A stretch of DNA of 64,000 nt from NCBI GenBank assembly GCA_048217285.1, contig DBFWVW010000091.1, positions 2,834 to 66,833 on the forward strand. The letters run 5' to 3'. Below are positions 43,828-52,152 of this stretch, one piece after another (positions within the stretch are counted from its first letter, which is position 1; each line of letters starts with the position of its first letter). The DNA is from Oscillospiraceae bacterium. GTDB taxonomy: Bacteria > Bacillota > Clostridia > Oscillospirales > Oscillospiraceae. The notes beneath the pieces are model-generated. The model saw nothing but the letters and a program-made list of their open reading frames with translations, did not search any database and had not been told where the DNA came from. Made by a program: the position numbers and the translations under genes.

Positions 43828-44309
43828 GATGTGCTGCTCCATTCCTGCCGTGCGCGCGGGATCCCGAGGTCAGCCTCGATGATTTGCGCCAGCCGGCTGT
43901 TTTCTGCCGCCTGCCCGGATGTGATCAGTCGGACGGACTGCGGATACCAGTAACCGTCTGTGCTCCACTGCAGTGTGACCTGCGCATCGTCGAGCGCTGC
44001 GCCGCACTGCGCGGCTTTGTCCAATATATATGTGCGCATTTCGGATTCTATGACCGTGCGCTGTAAACGATCGCTGCTGTCGGATACCGTGCCGTCCGTT
44101 GTCACCGAAACGTGATAGTCCTGCAGCGCGGCTGCATAAGTGTCATAATCGAACGTCACCAGCGGCGAGAACAGCAGACACGTCAGGGCAACGCCGCCAG
44201 CCAGCTTCGTGACGCGCCGGAGGCTCTCAGACGTTGGAAACAGGGATGCCAGCGCCGTCAGTAGCGCCACGCCTGCCAGACTGAGCAGCCAAGCCCGTAA
44301 AGATTCCAT
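43824..44309 (-). CDS. spoIIIAF: Stage III sporulation protein AF
   Basis: Two N-terminal TM helices. Assignment rests on position and size in the operon. ATG 44309 overlaps the spoIIIAE stop (TGATG). A TTG at 44312 is an alternative start. Confidence 0.8.
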   Translation of the reverse strand: MESLRAWLLSLAGVALLTALASLFPTSESLRRVTKLAGGVALTCLLFSPLVTFDYDTYAAALQDYHVSVTTDGTVSDSSDRLQRTVIESEMRTYILDKAAQCGAALDDAQVTLQWSTDGYWYPQSVRLITSGQAAENSRLAQIIEADLGIPRARQEWSSTS

Positions 44310-45418
44310 CAACCCGTCACCGCCTTCATACTCGATACGACCGAGAGAAATAAAATGAGCGACGCCACGCCCACCATCCCCAACAGGAAGCCATACACGT
44401 CAGCAAAGCCGTCGATCAGCCGTCCGACCCGCTTGTCCGCAAAGGACTCGGCGATACCGGCCGCAAGTTTATACAGAACATAGTGCACAGCAAGCTGCAG
44501 ATACGGCGTAACGCACACGGCGGCAACGCTGACGACGCCGACAATGCCAATGCCGCTGCGCAGAATCGCAGCGCTGGAAGTGACCGTGGATGCCGCATCG
44601 GCCACGATGCTGCCGACGACCGGGAGCGCTGCGGAGACGGCGGTCTTGACTGCTTTGGCTGCAGCTGCATCCGCCGAGCCGGTAAGGATACCCGTCAGCG
44701 ACAGGTAGAGCGTGAACACACTCGCAAAGCCAATGAGCAGCAGGCGAAATGCCTTGCGCAGCAGTCCGCTGAGGGATGCGAGCACGTCATTCTCGAGTGT
44801 TGTACCGCAGATGACTGTTCCCGCATACAGATACAGCAGCGGCAGAAGCACCGCCGTCTCCGCAGACAGGAGCACGTCCAGAAACAGCGATGTCGCCGCG
44901 TATTTTGCGGCCGCCGATGTTGCCGCGCCGCTCGCCGCCGCTGCGGCGCACATACTCGGCAGCAGGATCTTCGAAAAATCGCGCAGCGTGGCAAGCGCCT
45001 CGCTGCCTGCGGTGATGCACGAGGTCACGTGGGTCACGCTCAGCGCAGCGACCGCAACCGTGCCTGCCATCTGCGTGACTTTTCCACAAGCCCCATTCGC
45101 CGAAAGGGACGCGCACAGTGCCGACAAAAACACGATCGCCAGCAGCAGTGCCGCATTGCGTGCCGCGGATGCAACGGCTCCGCCACCCTCGCGCAGTGCA
45201 TAGGCCCACAGTTTTGCGAGCAGGGACTGCGGTTGTGCGCTATCCGCAACGGACAACGACCCAAACGCATCATAAGCCTCTTCCGGGAGCGCGGATTCCA
45301 GTGCCTCCGTGCCAAAATCCGATGCCTGTTCGGCCGCAACATCGTAGGCGAACGCGCATGGCGTGCACACTGCCAACACCAGCAATACGCTCAAAAGCAC
45401 AAGCAGCCGCCTTTTCAT
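44309..45418 (-). CDS. spoIIIAE: Stage III sporulation protein AE
   Basis: Signal peptide MKRRLLVLLSVLLVLAVCTPCAFA followed by a polytopic membrane domain. The start at 45418 fits a GGAGA RBS and overlaps the spoIIIAD stop (ATGA). Confidence 0.85.
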   Translation of the reverse strand: MKRRLLVLLSVLLVLAVCTPCAFAYDVAAEQASDFGTEALESALPEEAYDAFGSLSVADSAQPQSLLAKLWAYALREGGGAVASAARNAALLLAIVFLSALCASLSANGACGKVTQMAGTVAVAALSVTHVTSCITAGSEALATLRDFSKILLPSMCAAAAASGAATSAAAKYAATSLFLDVLLSAETAVLLPLLYLYAGTVICGTTLENDVLASLSGLLRKAFRLLLIGFASVFTLYLSLTGILTGSADAAAAKAVKTAVSAALPVVGSIVADAASTVTSSAAILRSGIGIVGVVSVAAVCVTPYLQLAVHYVLYKLAAGIAESFADKRVGRLIDGFADVYGFLLGMVGVASLILFLSVVSSMKAVTG

Positions 45419-45801
45419 AAGCATTCTCCGATCATGTTCAGAAACGTATGCATCAGCGGCAGTGCGGCATAGAGCGCGGCCGCTACGCCCACGAGCTGCA
45501 CCGCACAGGCACCAGCGGCCTGTCCGGCATCTTTGCAGAGACTCTCCCCGATCATCGTCAGGATGCTGATCGTCATGCACTTGAGCAGCGGCCCGGTGTA
45601 GACGCCGGACAAGTCGCTGAGCGCGATGGCATCGCGGAAAAACGATGCCAACGGCTCCAGCAGACCAATGCACAAAAACAGTGCCAGCAGAGCTGCCGCG
45701 ATGCTCAGCAGGAGCGACATACCAGGCACGGTCTTGTAGACCGTGGCGGCGGCAGCAGCGGCAATGACCACGATGATGATCGCCTGAAAGACCGTCTCCA
45801 T
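45415..45801 (-). CDS. spoIIIAD: Stage III sporulation protein AD
   Basis: About 128 aa, four TM helices, EscS/FliQ-like size. The ATG overlaps the spoIIIAC stop. Confidence 0.82.
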   Translation of the reverse strand: METVFQAIIIVVIAAAAAATVYKTVPGMSLLLSIAAALLALFLCIGLLEPLASFFRDAIALSDLSGVYTGPLLKCMTISILTMIGESLCKDAGQAAGACAVQLVGVAAALYAALPLMHTFLNMIGECL

Positions 45802-45995
45802 CACAAAGAAAACAGGCTCTTGATCAGATCGAACAGTTCACTGATCTTCTGAATCACCAGCACCAGCACCACGACAAGACCGGCAATGGTCGTCATGAGT
45901 GCCTGCTCGTCGCGCCCGGCGCGTGAGAGCAGAATATTAAGTACGGCGACCAGAATGCCGATCGCCGCGATCTTAAAAACAAGGTCAACGTCCAT
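45801..45995 (-). CDS. spoIIIAC: Stage III sporulation protein AC
   Basis: 64 aa: MDVDLVFKIAAIGILVAVLNILLSRAGRDEQALMTTIAGLVVVLVLVI.... AGGAGG RBS 5 nt upstream. Confidence 0.85.
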   Translation of the reverse strand: MDVDLVFKIAAIGILVAVLNILLSRAGRDEQALMTTIAGLVVVLVLVIQKISELFDLIKSLFSL

Positions 45996-46012
45996 AAGCG
46001 CCTCCTGTGTCA

Positions 46013-46525
46013 TCAAAACAAAGCCACGGCAGCCAGTAGGCCAAGTGTTGCGCCGAGGCCGCAAAACAGTTTGCCGCGCTGCGTCGTATCCGTCTGCATC
46101 TGGGCAGTGGCAGCCTGCAGCGTCTCTATGCAGGTGTCCAGCGCACCGCGCTGGAGCTGCACGTCATACTTCCCGAGCTGTTCGCCCAACGCCAACAGTG
46201 CCACACGCACATCAGGCGCAAGTATGTCCAGCGCCTGAAATGCGGCCGCCCAGCTCTCGGAAAACGACCGGTCCCCATCCGCGATGCTGTCTGCGAGCGA
46301 AGCGTACTGCGTGCTCAGCGGCTCCGGCGCGCTCGCCGCCAGGTGGCGCAGCGCCTCTGGCAGCGGCAGCAGACGACCGACGATATCGCTCCGCAGCAGA
46401 CTCAGACTGTCGATCATCGCCGTGAGCAGCCGCAGCCGCAGCCGCAGTTCCTGCCGCAGCGCGAATCCGACAGCCGTGCTGCCCAGAAACAGCAGTGCCG
46501 CCCCCAACCAGTGCAGCCATGTCAT
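46013..46525 (-). CDS. spoIIIAB: Stage III sporulation protein AB
   Basis: 170 aa, N-terminal TM. Size and position are right for SpoIIIAB. The ATG overlaps the spoIIIAA stop (ATGA). Confidence 0.82.
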   Translation of the reverse strand: MTWLHWLGAALLFLGSTAVGFALRQELRLRLRLLTAMIDSLSLLRSDIVGRLLPLPEALRHLAASAPEPLSTQYASLADSIADGDRSFSESWAAAFQALDILAPDVRVALLALGEQLGKYDVQLQRGALDTCIETLQAATAQMQTDTTQRGKLFCGLGATLGLLAAVALF

Positions 46526-47403
46526 GTCAGGTCCTCAACAGTATAGACGCGCTCGCCACCGTTGCGCGTGATGCACACGGCGCGGCGGAAAATATGCTCG
46601 TCCAGCAGCGCGCGGTACAGCGCCCGGTGCCGCAGCGCTGCGACGCTCTGTGCGTGCGCCGTCGCCAGCAGCGCGACACCGCAGCCGGCGGCAATACGGA
46701 TGGCCTCAATATCCTCCGGAGCGCTGATCTCATCAAATGCCAGCACATCCGGCCGCATGGCGCGCAGGAGCATCATACAGCAGGCCGCTTTTTGCCCCCC
46801 GGTCATCACGTCCGTATTCGCGCCGACATCAAACTGCGGCGCGCGATTCTGCACAGCTGCGATCTCGCCGCGTTCGTCCATGAGCGAGATACGTGTGCCC
46901 ATATCAGACAGGCGGCGCACGCATTCACGCAGCAGCGTCGTCTTCCCGTTGCCGGGCGGTGAGAGGATGAGCGTGCTGCAAAATCCGTCCTTGAGCAGTT
47001 GCGGCAAAAGGCTGTCCGCACAGCCGGGCACCGTGTGCGGTATCCGCACGGATACGGAGCTCAACTGCCGGATGCCGTCAATTTGTCCGGCAGCCTGTCC
47101 GTAAGCACAGCCGCAGAGTCCAACACGACAGCCGCCGGCCGTTTGTAAGTACCCTTGTCGGATCTGCTCTCCGGCCGCATAAACGGACGCCCCCGTCGCG
47201 CGCTCGAGCAGATAATCCAGATCTCCAGCCAGAACGGCGCGGCATTCCGCCGGGTACGCATGCGCCTGGGTCAGCAGCACGGGCACCTGACCAATGCGGC
47301 AGCAGATCTCCTCTACCAGTTCCTGCCGGTCGCGTTGCGTGTGCGCAATGGCCTGTCCCAGCGCCGGCGGGAACAGCGCCAGCGCCTGATTTGTAAAGAT
47401 CAT
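46522..47403 (-). CDS. spoIIIAA: Stage III sporulation protein AA (secretion-type ATPase)
   Basis: 293 aa from MIFTNQALALF.... Walker A SPPGNGKTTLLRE and Walker B VLAFDEI. GAGGAGG RBS upstream. The 175-codon N-terminal extension of the ORF was trimmed. Confidence 0.88.
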   Translation of the reverse strand: MIFTNQALALFPPALGQAIAHTQRDRQELVEEICCRIGQVPVLLTQAHAYPAECRAVLAGDLDYLLERATGASVYAAGEQIRQGYLQTAGGCRVGLCGCAYGQAAGQIDGIRQLSSVSVRIPHTVPGCADSLLPQLLKDGFCSTLILSPPGNGKTTLLRECVRRLSDMGTRISLMDERGEIAAVQNRAPQFDVGANTDVMTGGQKAACCMMLLRAMRPDVLAFDEISAPEDIEAIRIAAGCGVALLATAHAQSVAALRHRALYRALLDEHIFRRAVCITRNGGERVYTVEDLT

Positions 47404-47461
47404 GGTAGTCCCTCCTCTTTTGTTCTGCCACATCCTATGCGCGCTCCGCGCGCGGCAGAAC

Positions 47462-47494
47462 ACAAAAAGAGAGGCAGCCGAATGGCTGCCTCTC
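47462..47494 (-). terminator. Rho-independent terminator between the DUF1015 gene and spoIIIAA
   Basis: The minus strand reads GAGAGGCAGCC attc GGCTGCCTCTC followed by TTTTTG. Confidence 0.8.
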
Positions 47495-47515
47495 AAACAG
47501 TGTATTATGCAGTTG

Positions 47516-48745
47516 TCACAGTTTGCGGCACTCAAGATAATAGCGCTTGTCTGCGCCGAGGCCGATAGAAAAGCTCTTTTTCGGGAATGGGCCGGAGCAA
47601 AGCACAGACGTAAAGAGCTCCGTCTTGTCCATGCGTGGCATGAGGATGCCGCAGCAGTCATCGCCGGTTGCAAGATCGATCGCCTCATCGTCACCATGGA
47701 TATAATCCACCGTCCCGCCGTTTTTCGCAAGATACACCGCGCAGAACGTATCCACCGCTGTGATCGCTTCACCGAGCGATGCGCTTTTGGCGAAAATTTC
47801 GCGGCGCTTGCCCCCTGCGAGCAGGGAGATCGCATAGCCGCTGCCATCGGTGGATGCCAGTGCCGCCTCTGCCTCCTGCATCCATTTGGACGCATCAGTC
47901 CGGAAGAGCACACGGTGGATGGGCTCAAACGTTACGGCCGGGCTGTGCAGATTCACGAGTTCAACGAGCGCATAGCGTGCGGGATCGATCGCCGCCTGCT
48001 CGGGCGTGAGCAACTTTTTCTTTTCCAGCCAGCACTTGCGTGCGGCGGCCAGACTGTGATTGCCGTCGGCGATTGCAAAGCGCATGGGGTGCGCACTGTC
48101 TGTACCGACGCCAGTCGCGCACAAGCGCGCGGCAAGAGCATCCGCTTCCGCGCCTGCGACGCGCAGACCGCGAACGTGACCGCCGCCGGACATAAGGTCA
48201 AAATCATATAGCGTTTCGCCGGCTGCCGCCTGTGCGTCCCGGAAAATCATATCATCCGGATCGCTGTAAAACACCATAATGTGCGGCATCTCCAGCGCCG
48301 CTGCTGCGCGAATGCGCACACGCGCGGGCAGACGTGAGGCGACCGTGCCCTCCGTGGCGCGGATGGGCGTGACGGAATCCGGCGCGTAATCATATGCCTC
48401 CAGATCGAGCGCGCCGACAATGCCGCAGCGCACGGCGCCGCCCGGCAGCGTGCGCTGCACGAGCACGAGACTGTGCGGCACGGTGCGAAACACCCCGTTG
48501 TCAAGGTAACGGTCCATGGTCTGCTGAATCTCGCGCGTCGCCGCCGCCTCATCGCACTTGCCGAGATAAAATTCTGGCAGCATCAGCCGCAGCGTGGACG
48601 GCGCGTCGCCAACGATGTCCTGCACCTTCTGCCAATAGTCGGCGTCCGCCGTAAACTGGTCACAGGCGATGACGCTCCAGCGCTGCATATCCGCACACGC
48701 AGGCAATAGAATATCCGCTGGGGTAAAAAACAGATTCTGATTCAT
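47516..48745 (-). CDS. DUF1015 domain protein
   Basis: MNQNLFFTPADILLPACADMQRWSVIACDQFT is a DUF1015-type N-terminus. The ATG at 48745 overlaps the glpK stop (ATGA), with GGAG 6 nt upstream. Confidence 0.78.
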   Translation of the reverse strand: MNQNLFFTPADILLPACADMQRWSVIACDQFTADADYWQKVQDIVGDAPSTLRLMLPEFYLGKCDEAAATREIQQTMDRYLDNGVFRTVPHSLVLVQRTLPGGAVRCGIVGALDLEAYDYAPDSVTPIRATEGTVASRLPARVRIRAAAALEMPHIMVFYSDPDDMIFRDAQAAAGETLYDFDLMSGGGHVRGLRVAGAEADALAARLCATGVGTDSAHPMRFAIADGNHSLAAARKCWLEKKKLLTPEQAAIDPARYALVELVNLHSPAVTFEPIHRVLFRTDASKWMQEAEAALASTDGSGYAISLLAGGKRREIFAKSASLGEAITAVDTFCAVYLAKNGGTVDYIHGDDEAIDLATGDDCCGILMPRMDKTELFTSVLCSGPFPKKSFSIGLGADKRYYLECRKL

Positions 48746-50247
48746 TCCTGACTCCATTTTTCCGCTCTGCTGACGGCGCGCAGCCAATTGTCATGCTGCT
48801 GCTTTGCCTGTTCGGCGTCCATTTCGGGTTTGAAAATACGGTCAGACTGGCGCAGGAGCGCAATATCATCTACGCTCTCCCAAACGCCGCAGGCAAGACC
48901 AGCAAGGAATGCCGCACCGAACGCCGTTGTCTCGACCAGCTTCGGCCGGTCGATCGGCACACGCAGCATATCTGCCTGAAACTGCATCAGAAACGAGCTC
49001 ACGGATGCGCCGCCGTCCACACGCAGGACAGAGATCGGGCTTTCGGCATCGACCTGCATGGCATCCAGCAGGTCTTTTACCTGATAAGCGATGCCCTCAA
49101 GCGTGGCACGCGCAATGTGCGCCTTATTGCTGCCGCGCGTCAGGCCAACGATCGCGCCGCGGGCGTACATATCCCAGCGCGGCGCGCCAAGACCGGTGAA
49201 TGCGGACACAAGATATACACCGCCGTTATCCGGCACGCTCTCGGCCAGAATGTCACACTCATGCGCCGTGCCAATCAGGCCGAGCTCGTCACGCAGCCAT
49301 TGGATGGAGCTGCCGGCATTGAATACGCTGCCCTCAAGTGCATATGTCGTTTTGCCGTTTACCGACCATGCAACGCTCGTGACCAGACCGCTGACGCTGC
49401 GTACGGATTTGCTGCCGGTATTCATGAGCGTGAAGCAGCCGGTACCGTACGTATTTTTCGCCTGGCCCGGCACGATGCACGCCTGACCCAGCAGGGCGGC
49501 TGCCTGGTCGCCGGCGCTGCCGCAGACCGGGATGCCCTCGAGCGATTCAAGCCCCGGCAGCCCCGCCGCCACCTGTCCATATACCATGGATGACGGCACC
49601 GGAACCGGCAGCATACTCATCGGGATGCCAAGATGCGCGCACAGCTTTTCATCCCAACAGAGATGATCAATATCAAACAGCATCGTGCGCGAGCAGTTGG
49701 AGTAATCCGACACGTGGGAACGGCCGCCGGTCAGATTCCAGATGAGCCACGAATCCACGTTGCCGAACAGCAGTTCACCGCGCTCGGCGCGCGCTCTCGC
49801 TCCCAGAACATTATCCAGAATCCACTTGATCTTCGAGCCGGAGAAATAGGCGTCGATGAGCAGGCCGGTCTTTTCCTTCACATACGGGCCGAGACCATCG
49901 GCTGTGAGCTGGTCGCAGATGGGGGCCGTGCGGCGGCACTGCCAGACGATTGCATTATAGACGGGCTTGCCTGTGTTCTTGTCCCAGACGATCGTTGTTT
50001 CGCGCTGGTTCGTAATGCCGATACCTGCAATGTCCGTCGGCGACAGACCACTCTTTTCAAACGCCTCGCTCATGGCAAGCAGCTGGCTCTCAAGAATGAC
50101 CATCGGATCATGCTCCACCCAGCCCGGTTTCGGATAAATCTGCGTGAAGGGATACTGTGCCAGAGACACGATGTTGCCCTTACTGTCGAAGATAATGGAG
50201 CGGGAACTGGTTGTACCCTGGTCAAGTGCAATGATGTAGCCGTTCAT
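48742..50247 (-). CDS. glpK: Glycerol kinase
   Basis: MNGYIIALDQGTTSSRS, GITNQRETT, and FGTGCF-type motifs (NTYGTGCFTL). About 500 aa. Confidence 0.95.
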   Translation of the reverse strand: MNGYIIALDQGTTSSRSIIFDSKGNIVSLAQYPFTQIYPKPGWVEHDPMVILESQLLAMSEAFEKSGLSPTDIAGIGITNQRETTIVWDKNTGKPVYNAIVWQCRRTAPICDQLTADGLGPYVKEKTGLLIDAYFSGSKIKWILDNVLGARARAERGELLFGNVDSWLIWNLTGGRSHVSDYSNCSRTMLFDIDHLCWDEKLCAHLGIPMSMLPVPVPSSMVYGQVAAGLPGLESLEGIPVCGSAGDQAAALLGQACIVPGQAKNTYGTGCFTLMNTGSKSVRSVSGLVTSVAWSVNGKTTYALEGSVFNAGSSIQWLRDELGLIGTAHECDILAESVPDNGGVYLVSAFTGLGAPRWDMYARGAIVGLTRGSNKAHIARATLEGIAYQVKDLLDAMQVDAESPISVLRVDGGASVSSFLMQFQADMLRVPIDRPKLVETTAFGAAFLAGLACGVWESVDDIALLRQSDRIFKPEMDAEQAKQQHDNWLRAVSRAEKWSQE

Positions 50248-50270
50248 AGTTAACATTAACCTCCATAGAC

Positions 50271-50287
50271 TTGACGGAATCCGTCAA
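50271..50287. promoter_or_regulatory. Perfect 8-1-8 palindrome, candidate operator in the glpK / hydrolase divergent region
   Basis: TTGACGGA a TCCGTCAA. It overlaps the -35 of the hydrolase promoter and lies 24 nt upstream of the glpK ATG. Confidence 0.45.
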
Positions 50288-50299
50288 TTGGAATACAAT
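50271..50299 (+). promoter_or_regulatory. Sigma-A-type promoter for the alpha/beta hydrolase gene
   Basis: TTGACG (50271-50276), 17-nt spacer, TACAAT (50294-50299). Confidence 0.5.
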
Positions 50300-50340
50300 T
50301 CAGGTAGCTTTTAGTATATCACAACAGGAGGAGTATTGCT

Positions 50341-51270
50341 ATGCCATCTTTTCATGATTTTAGGTTTTTGTCCACTGATGGGAAACACAAGGTATTTGCA
50401 AGAGAATGCACCCCCGACGGCGAAGTCCGTGCCGTTTTGCAGATCGCGCACGGCGTTGCCGAGCACATCTATCGTTATGCACCGTTTATGGAGTTTCTGG
50501 CCGGCAACGGCTTTGTCGTCGTTGCAAACGACCACCTTGGCCACGGCAAGACCGCCGAAAACGAGCAGGAACTGTGCTTCTTCGCGGAAAAGGACGGCTG
50601 GAACGATGTTGTGAGTGACATGGACCAGCTCCACAAGCTGACCGCCGACAAGTATCCCGGCGTCCCCTACTTTCTGTTCGGCCACAGCATGGGCAGCTTC
50701 CTGACCCGCACCTACATCATTGATCACCCGGAGGGGCTCAAGGGCGTTATTATCAGCGGCACCGGCCAGAATCCGGCTGCCGTCGTCGCAGCCGGCAAGC
50801 TGATGGCCAAGCTCGAGATGATCGACAACGGTCCGATGTATCACAGCCCGAAGCTCGATAAACTCGCCTTCGGCAGCTACAATAAGAAATACGACCATGT
50901 GCGTACAAATCTCGACTGGCTCACCCGTGACGAGGCGATCGTGGATCAGTACATTGCCGACCCGCTTTGCGGCGCGATGGCGACTGCCGGTATGTTCCAC
51001 GATATGATGGGCGGTCTGCAGTATATCTGGAAGACGGAAAATCTTAACAAAATGAACAAGGCCACCCCTGTCTATTTCATGGCCGGTGACGGCGACCCGG
51101 TTGGAAACTACGGTGAGGGCGTCAAGAAGGTCTACAACCGTTTCCTGAAAGTCGGCTGCAAGGATGTAAAGCTCAAGCTCTACAAGGACGGACGCCATGA
51201 GATGCTCAATGAGCTCAACAAGGATGAAGTCTATGCGGATATCCTCGACTGGCTCAACAGTAAGATCTGA
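50341..51270 (+). CDS. Alpha/beta hydrolase (lysophospholipase / monoacylglycerol lipase-like)
   Basis: 309 aa. HGVAEH oxyanion region, nucleophile elbow GHSMGS, and a C-terminal DGRHEM catalytic His region. Confidence 0.82.
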   Translation: MPSFHDFRFLSTDGKHKVFARECTPDGEVRAVLQIAHGVAEHIYRYAPFMEFLAGNGFVVVANDHLGHGKTAENEQELCFFAEKDGWNDVVSDMDQLHKLTADKYPGVPYFLFGHSMGSFLTRTYIIDHPEGLKGVIISGTGQNPAAVVAAGKLMAKLEMIDNGPMYHSPKLDKLAFGSYNKKYDHVRTNLDWLTRDEAIVDQYIADPLCGAMATAGMFHDMMGGLQYIWKTENLNKMNKATPVYFMAGDGDPVGNYGEGVKKVYNRFLKVGCKDVKLKLYKDGRHEMLNELNKDEVYADILDWLNSKI

Positions 51271-51320
51271 TTTTCTCAGTCGATACCATTACCACAGTTC
51301 ATCACGGCAAGTTATCTAAG

Positions 51321-51358
51321 CTGCGGGCAGTGCTGATGCACTGCCCGCAGAATTTTTA
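51321..51358 (+). terminator. Rho-independent terminator after the hydrolase gene
   Basis: CTGCGGGCAGTGC tgat GCACTGCCCGCAG followed by AATTTTTA. Confidence 0.8.
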
Positions 51359-51366
51359 TAAATCGC

Positions 51367-52152
51367 TTAGTCGATGACAGAAAAAACTCGCTCATCCCCG
51401 AATAAATAATCTTCCGGATTATAGTACAGAGATTCCCCCGTCCACACCTGATGGAAGCGAATCGTGAGAGAATCATAACGGCTTACTGCAACGTAGACTG
51501 CAAGCTTCTTTTGCGGATACTGCGTTTTGATATTCGTATAGATGAGCCGGCAAAGAATAGGCGCGTCTACAACCAATTTAGAAAACTCTTCATCTGAAAT
51601 ATCGTCCAGTAAATGCACGTGATTGTTCACGGCCTCATAAGCTGTTTTGTCTTTTACAGAAAGCGGAATAGTTTTTCTGTGGTCATCATATAAGCAAAGC
51701 AACTCGTTCCCAGCTGCATCTGTTAGCACGTGATAATGCAAAAGCTGTGAGAAAGTCCAGAACAAATCTGTGATACCGCTGGTACCGCTCGAATGTGATG
51801 CGTACAGCTTCCTTCTGAAAAGCCATTTTACATTTGAAAAAGTGGTTGCACTATCAGCTATAGCAATCGTTCCAGGGTGCTTTTGCCGGTGGTTGTAATT
51901 ACACAAATAGAGTCCGTGGTTCTTGACGCGCATAGCAATGGAAACAGTTTTGTTTTTATGTTGATATTTCCAAAGCGTGAGAATGCCAGAGCAAAAATCT
52001 CGCGCAGATACTTGCAAAGTAAGAAGCTCCCATTGCGAAATATGCTCCACGAGTGCAACTTCAACATCGCCTCTTGGAATGCCTGGATATACCAAATCCA
52101 TTTGCTTGAAGAATTCACATATTCCATGGATAAAATATATTTCTCTTCTCAT
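51367..52152 (-). CDS. AT-rich orphan hypothetical protein (261 aa)
   Basis: Uninterrupted ORF from MRREIYFIHGICEFFKQ... to ...GDERVFSVID. I recognise no motif. The upstream 42 codons of the 303-aa ORF are the out-of-frame tail of the radical SAM gene. Hand counts on four 60-nt samples give 32-48% G+C, against about 60% in one flanking sample. Confidence 0.55.
   Translation of the reverse strand: MRREIYFIHGICEFFKQMDLVYPGIPRGDVEVALVEHISQWELLTLQVSARDFCSGILTLWKYQHKNKTVSIAMRVKNHGLYLCNYNHRQKHPGTIAIADSATTFSNVKWLFRRKLYASHSSGTSGITDLFWTFSQLLHYHVLTDAAGNELLCLYDDHRKTIPLSVKDKTAYEAVNNHVHLLDDISDEEFSKLVVDAPILCRLIYTNIKTQYPQKKLAVYVAVSRYDSLTIRFHQVWTGESLYYNPEDYLFGDERVFSVID

Noticed and set aside
47404-47461. 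Sigma-E promoter for spoIIIAA.
   Set aside because: Only a weak -10-like CATAGGAT is present, with no ATA-type -35 at 13-15 nt. The evidence is not good enough to annotate. It is reported as an open question in the findings.
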